Assembly (NCBI GenBank): GCA_964291405.2 | Contig: OZ219926.1 | Location: 704,001 to 768,000, forward strand | DNA length: 64,000 nucleotides | Source of the DNA: Thermodesulfobacteriota bacterium | GTDB taxonomy: Bacteria; Desulfobacterota; Binatia; Bin18 | Direction: 5' to 3' | Part shown: piece by piece, positions 1 to 10,455 of the stretch | How the letters are laid out: each line of letters opens with the position of its first letter | Numbering within the stretch: position 1 is the first letter of the stretch | Notes under the pieces: generated by a model | Seen by the model: the letters and a program-made list of their open reading frames with translations, nothing else | The model's database searches: none | Told to the model about the DNA's origin: nothing | Translations under genes and position numbers: made by a program

Positions 1-266
1 GCTGGCAGCAGGACACCCGTCACCGGCTGGCAACGGCACGCGCGCGTCTGGATGCGGTTCTGAACGCGGCCGACCTGCGCGTGGTGGGCGGTGTAGAGCT
101 CTTCCGCTTTGTTGAGGTAGACGCCGCCGGTAGTGTCTGGCACCACTTGGCCAAGTGCGGCATCTCCGTTCGCCGCTTTGACTGGAGCCGAAACCGGCTG
201 CGTATCGGTCTACCGCCCGATGCAGATGCAGAAGCACGTCTCGCCCAGGCGCTGCTCGCCCGCTGA
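1..266 (+). CDS. cobD: Threonine-phosphate decarboxylase (CobD/CobC-type PLP enzyme), C-terminal part, truncated by window edge
   Basis: Frame open from window start (WQQDTRHRLATARARLDAVL...GISVRRF...RLRIGLP), typical C-terminus of the family; cobalamin context. Confidence 0.75.
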   Translation, partial: WQQDTRHRLATARARLDAVLNAADLRVVGGVELFRFVEVDAAGSVWHHLAKCGISVRRFDWSRNRLRIGLPPDADAEARLAQALLAR

Positions 267-329
267 CCTTTCGAGAGTATCTCCGGGTCGGGCGCGATTT
301 TGCAGTCGGAGTTCCGTCCGGCCCGCGAT

Positions 330-2375
330 TCAGAACTCCGCCCGGAAGCCGGTCATGAAAGTCGTCTCCGCGGACGAGAAGTACAGGACTTCCTGATAGT
401 CGGCATCAAACAGATTCATCACCTTTCCCTCCAGGGTCAGAGCCCGGATACCCCAGCGGTCCTCGAACAGCAGATAGGACAGGGCCACGTCCGCCCGCTC
501 GTAGCCGTCATGGAGGGTGCCACGCCGTTCGGTGACATTGCCCTTGATATACAGATGAAAGTTGGCGTTCAGGCGCTCGCCGGCGTAGTTCAGGGTGAAG
601 GAAGCCACGTGCTTAGGCCGTCGAACCAGGGGTCCGCCCTGCCTGAAGGACCCGAACCCGTCGTTTCCGGCGTTCGCGAGCACCTTGGTTTCCAGATAGG
701 TATACGAGCCCCGTATCGAGAATCCATAGGGTAAGATGGCGGATGTCCCGACTTCAAGCCCGCGACTCCGGGCGCGGTGAACGTTCACATAGTTCGGTGC
801 TGGTGCAGGCGCGAAGGTATACGCGATCAGATTTTTGTATTCGGTCGAAAAATACGTCAGGCTCACCTGGGTGTCGAACATGCCTAGGGCGAAGGGCTGG
901 TCAATGCCGATTTCCCAACTCTTGGACTGCTCCGCCTCCAGGTCGGAATTTCCTCGGGAAAATGCGGTGTCGATGTTCTGGGAAAAACTGGCCGCCTTGA
1001 TGCCCTGGCTGTAGCCGCCCCGCAGTTTGGTGTCCAGACCGGGGAGGATCAGGGCGGCCGAGACCCGCGGGCTGACGTGCGTCCCATACGTGACCGCGTC
1101 ATCCAAGCGGAACCCGGACGTCAAGAACATCGTCTCCTGCCACGCCAAATGCAGTTGAGAGTAGAATGCCTGGGCGTTCCGACTCCCGCTGGGCCCGTTC
1201 TGTTGATTGTAGTGCTCGTCTTCGACATAGCCCCCAAGGGTAAAGGTCGGCACAACGCCGAGCATGACTGGCAGGAAAAAATCGGAGGAGTAGTCGGCAG
1301 ACAACCGGTACTCCCTATTGATGGTGAGGGAGCCCATACCGTCACAGTCGTTCCAGGTCGCAGTGTCGTCGTCTCGGCAATCGACCCCGCCGTCTTCCGG
1401 GTCACGATAGGTGAACCATTCGTACAGCAGCCCCAGTTGGAGATTATGTCTCCACCACGAGGTAGGCTGATAGGTAGCCCGCGGGCCGAGAATGAGACGA
1501 CGGTTGTCACTGGTCCCCCGTGGGTCCAGTCCGTTCCCCTGCCGGTCGAGGATATCGCCGCTGTTGGTGGCCACATGAAAGCGGCTGTCAATATAGCGGA
1601 GGGTGGTCGTGAGTTGCAGATCGTTACTGGGGTCAAGGTCAAAGCGGGAGGCGACGGTCGTGCTGCTATAGTCGTTATTGATCGGTAGGATACCTCCGCT
1701 ATCAATCCGTCCTACGGCCACGTTATAGCCATACAGCTCTGTCCCACCGGAAATGCTGAGACTTTCCTCAAAGGTATCGGGGTTGCCGGCACGGAAGCTC
1801 AGGGTTCCGCGGGCCGGTCCCTGTCCGCGCGGTGTCAAGAGTTGGATGACCGTACTCATGGCATCAGAGCCGTACAGAGCGCTCTGCGGGCCGCGCACTA
1901 CCTCAATGCGGCCTATACCCAGGGTCGTCATATCGCCGAACTTGAAGCTGCCACCCGCCCGGTTGACCTTCACCCCGTCGATCAGGATCATATTATGGTC
2001 CGACTCACCGCCACGCGTAAAAAGCGAAGTCCTCGCACCGCGACTACCGGTCTGGCTGAAGGAGAAACCCGGCACCTCGCGCAACTGGTCGAACAGGTCG
2101 GTTGTCTGACGCCGCGCAATGTCTTCCTGCGTCACGACCGTTACCGCATTTGATACCCGTGAAAGTGGCTCTTCAAACTTTGACGCCGTGACAATGATGG
2201 GGTCCAGCGCGGTGGTTGGTACGGGTTGCTGGGCCGCGTGCGTCTCATCGGCCGGAGCAACCGTGGGAGATGACATCGAAGGAGACTGGGCCTGGGCCGA
2301 CATGGATGGACCACCGCCGCCCCAGATCAAGAGCGATACGGCAAGAACGAATATCGAATATGCGGACTTTCCCAT
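330..2375 (-). CDS. btuB: TonB-dependent receptor, probable vitamin B12 transporter
   Basis: Signal peptide, IIVTASK TonB-box region, plug motif RIEVVRGPQSALYGSDA, C-terminal Phe; cobalamin riboswitch upstream. Confidence 0.85.
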   Translation of the reverse strand: MGKSAYSIFVLAVSLLIWGGGGPSMSAQAQSPSMSSPTVAPADETHAAQQPVPTTALDPIIVTASKFEEPLSRVSNAVTVVTQEDIARRQTTDLFDQLREVPGFSFSQTGSRGARTSLFTRGGESDHNMILIDGVKVNRAGGSFKFGDMTTLGIGRIEVVRGPQSALYGSDAMSTVIQLLTPRGQGPARGTLSFRAGNPDTFEESLSISGGTELYGYNVAVGRIDSGGILPINNDYSSTTVASRFDLDPSNDLQLTTTLRYIDSRFHVATNSGDILDRQGNGLDPRGTSDNRRLILGPRATYQPTSWWRHNLQLGLLYEWFTYRDPEDGGVDCRDDDTATWNDCDGMGSLTINREYRLSADYSSDFFLPVMLGVVPTFTLGGYVEDEHYNQQNGPSGSRNAQAFYSQLHLAWQETMFLTSGFRLDDAVTYGTHVSPRVSAALILPGLDTKLRGGYSQGIKAASFSQNIDTAFSRGNSDLEAEQSKSWEIGIDQPFALGMFDTQVSLTYFSTEYKNLIAYTFAPAPAPNYVNVHRARSRGLEVGTSAILPYGFSIRGSYTYLETKVLANAGNDGFGSFRQGGPLVRRPKHVASFTLNYAGERLNANFHLYIKGNVTERRGTLHDGYERADVALSYLLFEDRWGIRALTLEGKVMNLFDADYQEVLYFSSAETTFMTGFRAEF

Positions 2376-2529
2376 CTTCCCTCCTCGGGGAAGCCTTTCC
2401 CTGGTAGAGAAGAGAAGCGGGTATGTTGGGAGCTACTGAAAACCATCCAGAGCGGGTGGGCAGCAACCCGCGTATCCAGAATGGTAACACGCTGTAACCC
2501 TTCTCCCTCCGCGGAGAGGCCGGTTCACG

Positions 2530-2715
2530 GCTTCAGGCAGGTTTCCTGGCTTAGGGGTTCAGGGGTTTCCCCCCAATGCCTGCCAACGGCCTTCCCACCG
2601 GCTTGCACCAGCAGTGGCGTCATCGAGACAGGCTCCCCCATCACAGTGGCGGGACCGCGCCGGCTTTGCACCGACTTCCCTTATTTCACCCGGTATGGGC
2701 ACCTCAAGCACGGTT
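2530..2715 (-). ncRNA. Cobalamin (AdoCbl) riboswitch
   Basis: Minus strand carries the conserved elements in order: GGTGCCC...TAAGGGAAGTCGGTGCAAAGCCGGCGCGGTCCCGCCACTGTGA...GCCACTG...GGGAAGG...AGCCAGGAAACCTGCC. Confidence 0.95.
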
Positions 2716-2785
2716 CAGGCCAGTTGGTATAGGAGGGTCTGTATATTGTCAAGCACAACACCGGCAAACGCGGTGTCGCAATGGC

Positions 2786-4159
2786 TCATGCGGAAGCCAG
2801 CCGGACGAGTTGCTGAGCAAAGGTCGGATTGCTACCAAAGTGCAGATGGATATAACTCGCCAGGCAGCGCTTATACACATGACCCTCGGGTCGAGTCGCC
2901 TCCGCTGCACGCTGGCGGACCTGATACAGCGTCCGAGTCTGCTTGACGGGAAGGTCCGGCACCAATTCCGAGTAGTGGAATTCGTGACCACGGACCCGCA
3001 GGGCGGGGAACAGACCATTGGTCGGCGGAATAGTCACCTCTGCGTATCCCAGCGCGCTCAGGCGCGACTGCATGCGTACAACGGTGGGATAGACGCCAAC
3101 CATAGGAAAGTCGTGTCCCTCAACGTCCCGAATGCCTTGGGTCAGATACATGAACCCGCCACACTCGGCATACACCGTTTTCCCGTCTTGAATAAAGTCT
3201 TTCATCTCCTGACGCATAGTCGTGTTGGCGGCTAATGTCTGGGCGTGGACTTCAGGATAGCCACCCCCCAGGTAGAGACCGTGCAGGTCCGGGGGGAGAT
3301 GCGTATCGTGCAACGGACTAAAAAAAACGAGGGTAGCGCCTGCGTGTTCCAGGAGTTCCAGATTGTCGGGATAGTAAAAACAGAAGGCTTCGTCCCGGGC
3401 GATACCAAAGCGCACAGGAGAGGCCGGTGACACCCTAGCGGGCTGGGGCTGGGGGTTGGGGGTTGGGGGTTGGGGAAAGGTACTCAGCTGAAGGAGTGAG
3501 GACAGGTCGAGGTGGTCTTCTATCACTCCGGCCAAGTGATTGATCTGTCCGGCAGACACTGGCCGCTCTTCTCTGGTGACCAGTCCCAAGTGGCGTTCGG
3601 GCAGGGTGATGGTCTCGTCGGATGGAAGTCCGCCGAGTATGGTAATATTGGGAACATCACGGACGGCTTCTTCGAGATAGCGCAGATGCCCTGGCCCGCC
3701 TACCTTGTTAAAGATCACACCAGCGACATTCAGCTCCGGATCGAAATACTGAAATCCGTGAATGACGGCTGCAACACTGCGCGCCATGGCTGAGGCATCA
3801 ATCACCAGGAAAACTGGCAGCCCCAGCCATTTTGCTATTTCTGCTGTACTACCTGCTTCGCTCTTGCCGTCATAGCCGTCAAAGAGGCCCATCATTCCTT
3901 CCACAATGCCCACATCGTGGCCGTACAGACTACGGTTGAACACGGCGGTGTTGTACGCTCGTGACAACATCCAGCCATCCAGGTTTCTGGATGGAACCCC
4001 GGTGACCGCAGTGTGGAGCCCTGGGTCAATAAAGTCCGGACCTATCTTAAAAGGCTGGACGGACAAGCCGCGTTTTCGGAAAGCGGCCAGCAAGCCCAGG
4101 GTCAGCGTGGTTTTCCCAACACCGCTCTGCGTACCGGCAATAACGAATCCGTGCACCAA
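2786..4159 (-). CDS. cbiA: Cobyrinate a,c-diamide synthase
   Basis: SGVGKTT P-loop, FKIGPDFIDP, EGMMGLFDG, GGGYPE and AECGGFMYL glutaminase motifs. Confidence 0.95.
   Translation of the reverse strand: MVHGFVIAGTQSGVGKTTLTLGLLAAFRKRGLSVQPFKIGPDFIDPGLHTAVTGVPSRNLDGWMLSRAYNTAVFNRSLYGHDVGIVEGMMGLFDGYDGKSEAGSTAEIAKWLGLPVFLVIDASAMARSVAAVIHGFQYFDPELNVAGVIFNKVGGPGHLRYLEEAVRDVPNITILGGLPSDETITLPERHLGLVTREERPVSAGQINHLAGVIEDHLDLSSLLQLSTFPQPPTPNPQPQPARVSPASPVRFGIARDEAFCFYYPDNLELLEHAGATLVFFSPLHDTHLPPDLHGLYLGGGYPEVHAQTLAANTTMRQEMKDFIQDGKTVYAECGGFMYLTQGIRDVEGHDFPMVGVYPTVVRMQSRLSALGYAEVTIPPTNGLFPALRVRGHEFHYSELVPDLPVKQTRTLYQVRQRAAEATRPEGHVYKRCLASYIHLHFGSNPTFAQQLVRLASA
3440..3475. repeat. Short G-rich heptamer tandem repeat inside cbiA
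   Basis: GGGCTGGGG CTGGGGG TTGGGGG TTGGGGG TTGGGG; encodes the PQPPTPNPQPQP linker. Confidence 0.8.
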
Positions 4160-4228
4160 TCCTCCTTATCCGTGCATCATAGGCCATTACCTTGCAATCT
4201 GTGAATGTCCTCGGCATCATGGCCCCCC

Positions 4229-4657
4229 ATGGCTTTACAAGACCCCCCTCCCCTGGGCTCGGTTGAAGGGCAAAAGGCCGGCGTTGTGGCGTATCGGCAA
4301 GAGCCGGACGGAACATATGCCATCCTGATCATTACCGCCCGGCGGCAGCGCGATGCCTGGATCTTCCCGGTCGGAACGGTTGATCCGGGCGAGACGCTGC
4401 AGCAAGCCGCAGCTCGCGAATGTATGGAGGAGAGTGGCTATACGGTTCGAACCGGGCCGCTGCTGAAAGCTCTCGATCTCACACATAAAAACGGTCTCCG
4501 CCGTTTTTCGTTTTTTGCTGCCCAGGTGACGGGCGAGGTGGACGAGTACGAAACTGATCGGCGTCGACGTTGGGTGCCGCTGGCCCAACTCGTCGATACC
4601 GTCAGCGAGGCGTTTGCTCCGGTCGCGCGGGCGGCGCTGGTCTATCTGTCCACTTAG
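4229..4657 (+). CDS. NUDIX hydrolase
   Basis: Nudix box GTVDPGETLQQAAARECMEESGY; start uncertain (4205 or 4229). Confidence 0.85.
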   Translation: MALQDPPPLGSVEGQKAGVVAYRQEPDGTYAILIITARRQRDAWIFPVGTVDPGETLQQAAARECMEESGYTVRTGPLLKALDLTHKNGLRRFSFFAAQVTGEVDEYETDRRRRWVPLAQLVDTVSEAFAPVARAALVYLST

Positions 4658-4676
4658 CTTACCAGATGCAACCGCC

Positions 4677-6173
4677 ATGAGCGCACGGGCTCTCATGATT
4701 CAGGGAACCGGCTCCGACGTCGGAAAGTCTGTCGTGGTCGCGGGGTTGTGCCGCCTGGCCAAGCAACGAGGCTGGAAGGTCGCTCCGTTCAAGCCACAAA
4801 ATATGTCGAATAACGCAGCCGCGTGTGCGGCTGGCGGGGAGATTGGCCGGGCGCAGGCTCTACAGGCTCGCGCTGCCGGGCTCGAACCGCACCCGGATTT
4901 CAATCCCGTGTTGTTGAAGCCACAGACTGACCGCGGGGCGCAGATCGTCGTCCACGGCAAACCGGTCGGCCTGCTGAACGCCGCGGACTATACCACCGGA
5001 CGCGCCCGTCTGATGACTGCCGTCATGCAGAGTTTCCAGCGTCTCGTCGCCGCCCATGACCTGGTTATCGTCGAAGGGGCCGGCAGTCCAGCCGAGGTCA
5101 ACCTGCGAACCGGTGATATTGCAAATATGGGGTTCGCGCTCGCCGCAGGGGTGCCTGTCTGCCTCGTCGGCGATATTGACCGTGGAGGTGTCATCGCCGC
5201 CCTAGTTGGGACCCAGAGTGTGTTGGACCCCGAAGACAGCGCGATGATCGTCGGGTTTCTGATCAACAAATTTCGAGGTGACCCAACTCTATTTACAGAG
5301 GGAGTCTCGGTAATTGAGCGACGCACTGGCTGGACGTGCTTTGGCGTGGTCCCGTGGATGCCGGCAGCGACGCGCCTGCCCGCGGAAGACGCGGTGTCGC
5401 TCTCACTCGGGCACAGCGAGCGCACCGATTGTATCCGGATTGCAGCACCCCTGCTGTCCCGCCTGGCCAACTTCGACGACGCCGATCCGCTCCGGTTTGA
5501 ACCGAACGTGGATTTCATTTTTGTGCCACCCGGTCATCCGATTCCGCGTGACGTGGACGTCGTGATCCTCTTTGGCACCAAATCGACCAACGGTGACCTG
5601 GACTTCCTGCGCGCCCAGGGCTGGGACCACGACGTGATAGCGCACGCCAGAGCCGGCGGCCGCGTATTGGGCGTGTGCGGCGGCTTCCAGATGTTGGGCC
5701 GTCACATTCACGACCCATCGGGTGCGGACGGTCCGATCGGGTCGCGCCCTGGGCTTGGCCTTCTCGAACTCGAGACGACCATGGCTGGTGAAAAAACCGT
5801 TCGCCCGGCACGTGGGCACTGCACCCTGAGTGGTGCATCTGTCGCGGGCTATGAAATTCACACTGGTCAATCAGACGGTCGCGCCCTTACCCGGCCCATG
5901 TTTCAACTCGAAACCGGCCCGGACGGCGCGCGCAGCCAAGACGGGCTGATCGAGGGTACGTATCTGCACGGGCTGTTCGGGAACGATGCGTATCGACGCG
6001 CCTGGCTCGGACGCATCCGCGACACCGGGACTGCGACTCTACAATACGAGGCCAGCGTCGAGGCGGCCCTGGACGACGTAGCCGCTACGCTGGCCGATAC
6101 TGTGGATACGGATGCGCTGTTCTCTACGGCGCGGCAACCCATCCCAGCAACGCCGGCGGCTCAGATGCCGTAG
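4677..6173 (+). CDS. cobQ: Cobyric acid synthase
   Basis: MIQGTGSDVGKS, FKPQNMSNN, EGAGSPAEVNLR, GVCGGFQMLG, GTYLHGLF. Confidence 0.95.
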   Translation: MSARALMIQGTGSDVGKSVVVAGLCRLAKQRGWKVAPFKPQNMSNNAAACAAGGEIGRAQALQARAAGLEPHPDFNPVLLKPQTDRGAQIVVHGKPVGLLNAADYTTGRARLMTAVMQSFQRLVAAHDLVIVEGAGSPAEVNLRTGDIANMGFALAAGVPVCLVGDIDRGGVIAALVGTQSVLDPEDSAMIVGFLINKFRGDPTLFTEGVSVIERRTGWTCFGVVPWMPAATRLPAEDAVSLSLGHSERTDCIRIAAPLLSRLANFDDADPLRFEPNVDFIFVPPGHPIPRDVDVVILFGTKSTNGDLDFLRAQGWDHDVIAHARAGGRVLGVCGGFQMLGRHIHDPSGADGPIGSRPGLGLLELETTMAGEKTVRPARGHCTLSGASVAGYEIHTGQSDGRALTRPMFQLETGPDGARSQDGLIEGTYLHGLFGNDAYRRAWLGRIRDTGTATLQYEASVEAALDDVAATLADTVDTDALFSTARQPIPATPAAQMP

Positions 6174-7294
6174 ACCTGGGCGACGCTATCCCCGAGCAGA
6201 TTATTGCGCGCGGTCTCTGACAGCGGCGCGACCAGCTCCTCTAACTCTTCCATATAGTTTCCGGGATGATCGAAGTGAGGGTAATCGGTCGCCCAGAAGA
6301 AACGATCGTTACCCACATACTCAATGATATGCGCCAGCGCCCGCTCGTCCGGGTCCCCGGAAATCCAGCACTGGCGCTTAAAATAGACGCTCGGTTTTTC
6401 CTTGAGCGGCACATTATAACCGAGGCTGGTTTCATACGTCGCATCCATCCGGTCCAGGGCCGCGCCTATCCACCCCGCGCCAGACTCAAGCAGCACGACT
6501 TTGATCTGGGGAAAGCGATCAAACAGCCCCCATTGAAACAGGCCGTAGAGCGCCTGCTGTGGCCCCTGCATACCGAGCGTGATTTGCATCCAGCGCGCGC
6601 GCTTCATACCATCAAAACGCTGATAGGTCCGAATCTTGGGATGCTCGGTCATAGGATGAATGGCAACCGGCACCCCGAGTTCTTGGGCTTTTGCCCAAAA
6701 GATATCGTGATCAGGATGGGCATGCGGGATGCGGGTGAGCGTATAGGGGGCGAGAAAGGCGCCCTTGGCTCCTGCGCGCACGGAGCGTTCGAGTTCGGCC
6801 GCAGCCGCGGTCGGGTCGGCCAGCGAAATATGGGCAGTGGCAATCAAGCGGCCGTCCGAGTCAGAACAGAAGTCACAGATCCAGCGGTTGTACGCTTTGG
6901 CATAGGCCAGGGACAGATCGACGTCATCGATCTCACACTCCCACATTAAACCCAGGCTGGGGTAGAGAATGGCTTTGGCAATGCCTTCTCGATCCAGTAG
7001 GGCTACCCGCTCCTGGGGGTCCATGGAGCCAAAGGGAGCGCTGCCGGGATAGGACTGCTTCATCATCTGTCCGATCTCTTTGGCCCCCTTCCCCATGCCA
7101 CCAAGGACCGTCAGGATGTGTACGTCATAAAAGCGAGACGGCATACCGTTCATTTCCAGGATGTCCCGTCCCTCAAGCGTCCGAATGCGGAGCGCCCGGT
7201 CCCGATAGGCAGGATCGATATACCGCTCCCAGGTGTCTGCCGGCTCAAGGATGTGGCCGTCCGCGTCGATGATGTTGTCATAGTCGAGCGCCAT
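6161..7294 (-). CDS. Amidohydrolase_2 family metal-dependent hydrolase
   Basis: IIDADGHILEP, VAIHP, LLESGAGW, WATDYPHFD motifs. Confidence 0.9.
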   Translation of the reverse strand: MALDYDNIIDADGHILEPADTWERYIDPAYRDRALRIRTLEGRDILEMNGMPSRFYDVHILTVLGGMGKGAKEIGQMMKQSYPGSAPFGSMDPQERVALLDREGIAKAILYPSLGLMWECEIDDVDLSLAYAKAYNRWICDFCSDSDGRLIATAHISLADPTAAAAELERSVRAGAKGAFLAPYTLTRIPHAHPDHDIFWAKAQELGVPVAIHPMTEHPKIRTYQRFDGMKRARWMQITLGMQGPQQALYGLFQWGLFDRFPQIKVVLLESGAGWIGAALDRMDATYETSLGYNVPLKEKPSVYFKRQCWISGDPDERALAHIIEYVGNDRFFWATDYPHFDHPGNYMEELEELVAPLSETARNNLLGDSVAQVYGI

Positions 7295-7442
7295 TTCACT
7301 CTCTCTCCCTGTTCCGTTTCTCTTCCAGCCCGTCTTCCAGATTGGAATGTCCCGCCTGCGGCGTATGAGACACCATATGGTCTTGGACTTTTGTCATACC
7401 AACTTCCAGCCGGTCCATCTACTCAGCCTGCTGCCTGACATG

Positions 7443-8297
7443 TCAACCGTGATGATCAATCCGTGAGTCCGCTCTTATCTTGACACCCAGGACATAGGCA
7501 TCCCGTTTGGTGATCTGGCACACCTCGCTCACCACGCGCGCGGCCTCTTTCACGCCGACCCCGTCCGCCAAGAGTTGCCGCATCAGTTCGGCTGCGGATT
7601 GTGCTGGAGCGTCCCCATCTTTCCCGTCCCAGCCCTCGACCACGAGTGCGACTTCACCCTTGACCGACCGGTTGTGGAACGCGATGCAAACCGTGCTGAT
7701 GGGTCCACGCAGGATTTCCTCGAACTGCTTGGTCAGCTCCCGGCCAACCACGACGCGACGATCCCCGAAAATATGCGCAAGGTCAGCCAGAGTGCTCAAC
7801 AGACGGTGTGGAGACTCGTAAAAAATGAGAGGCCGCTTCTCGTGGCAGAGCTCCCGCAACGCTCTTTGGCGCTGCCCTTTCTTTGCCGGCAAAAACCCTT
7901 CAAAAACGAAACGATCGGTTGGCAAACCGCCTACACTCATCAACGTGGTCAGCATGGATGGACCGGGAATGGGCACGACCGGGATGTCGGCCTCAGCGGC
8001 ACCCTTGACCAAACGATAGCCAGGGTCGGAGATGCACGGGGTACCGGCATCACTGACCAGAGCGATGTTCTTGCCCGCCAGCAAGGTTTCAATGAGTACG
8101 GGAGCTTTGGTTGATTCGCTGTGATCGTGATAACTCGTCAGCGGAGTCGGAATGTCATAATGTGTCAGGAGCTTGCGGGTATGGCGGGTGTCTTCTGCCG
8201 CGATCAGGTCAACTTCCTTGAGGATACGCAACGCCCGGAGGGTGATGTCCTCTAAGTTGCCTATGGGCGTGGCGACAATGTAGAGCGTGCCGGCCAC
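7443..8297 (-). CDS. rsmI: 16S rRNA (cytidine1402-2'-O)-methyltransferase
   Basis: LYIVATPIGNLEDIT, AEDTR, VSDAGTPCISDPG, RELTKQFEE; GTG start abuts nadE stop. Confidence 0.95.
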   Translation of the reverse strand: MAGTLYIVATPIGNLEDITLRALRILKEVDLIAAEDTRHTRKLLTHYDIPTPLTSYHDHSESTKAPVLIETLLAGKNIALVSDAGTPCISDPGYRLVKGAAEADIPVVPIPGPSMLTTLMSVGGLPTDRFVFEGFLPAKKGQRQRALRELCHEKRPLIFYESPHRLLSTLADLAHIFGDRRVVVGRELTKQFEEILRGPISTVCIAFHNRSVKGEVALVVEGWDGKDGDAPAQSAAELMRQLLADGVGVKEAARVVSEVCQITKRDAYVLGVKIRADSRIDHHG

Positions 8298-8298
8298 G

Positions 8299-9126
8299 TC
8301 ACCGGCCCCAGTCGCGGGCATACCGAAAATCACGATCAATCGTGCGCTGAGAGACCTTGGCAATGACCGGAAGGCGGCGCTTGTACTGCGAGTTCATGAT
8401 CCGGCGCGCAATCTGATCGATAAAGTCGGCATGAAACCCCTCGGCGCGCAATTCCTCACGAGAGTAGCGTTGGTCGACCAGGAGATATAATAACTCATCA
8501 ACCTCCTGATACGAAAATCCCAGTTCCTGCTCATCGGTCTGCCCCGCCCACAGATCTGCGGAGGGCTGTTTGGTCACAACGGCCTCTGGCACGCCTACAC
8601 AATCGGACAAGGCCCAGACCTGGGTCTTATACAAATCGCCCAAGGGATTAATGGCTGAGGCCATATCGCCAAAGAGTGTCCCATAGCCCAGCAGCAGTTC
8701 AGTTTTATTACTCGTACCCAGCACAAGCGCATTCCAGCGGGCCGAGTGGTCATACAGAATAGTCATACGCTCGCGGGCCATTTTATTGCCACGGCGCATA
8801 TTGTCGGCGTCGGGGAATTTGGCGAAATACGCGTCCACCTGGGCTGAAATATCAACCGTGATCGACGCTATCCCAGTTGCGGCAATCACCAGGTCGGCGT
8901 GCTCGATACTCTCTTTACTCGACGTTTTATACGGCATTTTTACGGCCAGCACATTGTCGGGCCCCAAGGCCGCAGCCGCCAGACACGTGCTCAGGGCAGA
9001 GTCCACCCCACCCGAGAGACCCACAACCACCCGTGTGAGGCCGACTTTATGGACTTCGTTGACAATGAATGCAGACAAGACGTGCCGGAGGAGTTCCGGA
9101 TTGGTTGGAATACGACTCATGCTCAC
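8299..9126 (-). CDS. nadE: NAD+ synthetase (single-domain form)
   Basis: [46 protein letters not shown]. Confidence 0.95.
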   Translation of the reverse strand: MSMSRIPTNPELLRHVLSAFIVNEVHKVGLTRVVVGLSGGVDSALSTCLAAAALGPDNVLAVKMPYKTSSKESIEHADLVIAATGIASITVDISAQVDAYFAKFPDADNMRRGNKMARERMTILYDHSARWNALVLGTSNKTELLLGYGTLFGDMASAINPLGDLYKTQVWALSDCVGVPEAVVTKQPSADLWAGQTDEQELGFSYQEVDELLYLLVDQRYSREELRAEGFHADFIDQIARRIMNSQYKRRLPVIAKVSQRTIDRDFRYARDWGR

Positions 9127-9194
9127 CCGTCTTTTGTCACTCGCGTCGTGGCCGGAGGCACACAGGGCAGTCGTCCCTCTCAGGGAGCGCGTCC

Positions 9195-9977
9195 TTAGCC
9201 CATCAGCCCAGGGTTGGCTCCGCCGTCTATGGTGATATTGGCACCGTGGATAAAGGCCGCACGCGCGGAGGAGAGAAACAGGATCAGGTCCGCGACTTCC
9301 TCCGCTTCGCCAACGCGGCCCAGCGGGGTCATTTTGCGGAGGGTTGCTTCAGGGCTGCCGCCTCCCTGACTAAAGACGGAGGCAAACTTTTGGAGCCGTT
9401 CGGTCAGAATCGGGCCGGGGTTGATGCCGGCGACTCGAACCCCGTGCTTCGCCCCTTCGGCAGCCAGGGCTTTGGTAAAATGGTTGAGCGCCGCATTAGC
9501 CGCGCCACCGACCATATAATTGGCTATGGGCCGCAGGCCACCGGTTCCAATAATATTCACAATAACGCCGCTGCCCTGCTGCTGCATGTGCGGAAAAACC
9601 TCGCGCGCCATCCGCACATAGCCAAAAAACTTGAGCGTCCAGTCCTCCGTCCAGTCCTCGTCCGAGATTTCAAGAAACGGACCGGGCCGGGCACTGCCGG
9701 CATTGTTCACTAGAATGTCGATCCGTCCGAATTCTTCCAGGCAACGTGCCACCACGTTTTTGATCGCCTCAGCCTGGGTAAGGTCAGCCTGCACGGCGAT
9801 GAGGCGTCCACGCCCCACACCCTGGGCAAGCGCGACGGTCTCGTCCAGGGCCTCTGAGCCCCGAGCGCAAATGAGGACAGCCGCCCCTTCGGCGAGAAAA
9901 CCAAGCGCGGCCGCCCGGCCTATGCCTTTGCTGCCGCCGGTTACGAGCACGACTTTGTTTTCGAGTTCGAGTTGCAT
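9195..9977 (-). CDS. SDR family oxidoreductase
   Basis: [23 protein letters not shown]. Confidence 0.9.
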   Translation of the reverse strand: MQLELENKVVLVTGGSKGIGRAAALGFLAEGAAVLICARGSEALDETVALAQGVGRGRLIAVQADLTQAEAIKNVVARCLEEFGRIDILVNNAGSARPGPFLEISDEDWTEDWTLKFFGYVRMAREVFPHMQQQGSGVIVNIIGTGGLRPIANYMVGGAANAALNHFTKALAAEGAKHGVRVAGINPGPILTERLQKFASVFSQGGGSPEATLRKMTPLGRVGEAEEVADLILFLSSARAAFIHGANITIDGGANPGLMG

Positions 9978-9985
9978 GCGACGCT

Positions 9986-10402
9986 CTACACCGGACGAAA
10001 TTTTGGGATCTTAACCCCAGGTTCGTGTTCAACAAAGACGACCTCGACCGGCATATCCATGGTGATTGCGTCATTGTCGATATCGACCAGACTGGTCACC
10101 ATAATAAGGTCGACATCTTCGTCCAATTGCACCTGCGCCACGTTATACGGCACTTTTTCATTCGCGGCCGGGTGGACCGGATGGACAATAATGGTCCACG
10201 AAAACACTTTACCTCTACCGCTCATTTTCACCCATTCGTGCTCCAGGGCGTTACAGTGCGGGCACATGGGTTTGGGCAGCCAACGAAACCGCTGGCAGGC
10301 AGTACACCGCTGCATCAGCAGTTCATCGCGATTGCAGCCATTCCAGAATTCTTCATCGTCGATATTCGGTACCGGGCGAGGAAAATTTATTGCGTCAGCC
10401 AC
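9986..10402 (-). CDS. Zn-ribbon/OB-fold protein (DUF35/ChsH2-like)
   Basis: CxxC-x10-CxxC followed by SGRGKVFSWT OB-fold; SD AAGGGGAG before GTG. Confidence 0.88.
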   Translation of the reverse strand: MADAINFPRPVPNIDDEEFWNGCNRDELLMQRCTACQRFRWLPKPMCPHCNALEHEWVKMSGRGKVFSWTIIVHPVHPAANEKVPYNVAQVQLDEDVDLIMVTSLVDIDNDAITMDMPVEVVFVEHEPGVKIPKFRPV

Positions 10403-10455
10403 ACTCAGGTCTCCCCTTTCCTTATCCTGGTGATTTTCCTTATCCCAGAACAACC

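Noticed and set aside
2245-2490. Leader ORF between riboswitch and btuB
   Set aside because: Has an SD-like sequence but overlaps btuB out of frame and shows no recognisable features
4229-4657. NUDIX gene as a dedicated cobalamin-pathway enzyme
   Set aside because: Adjacency to cbiA/cobQ is the only evidence
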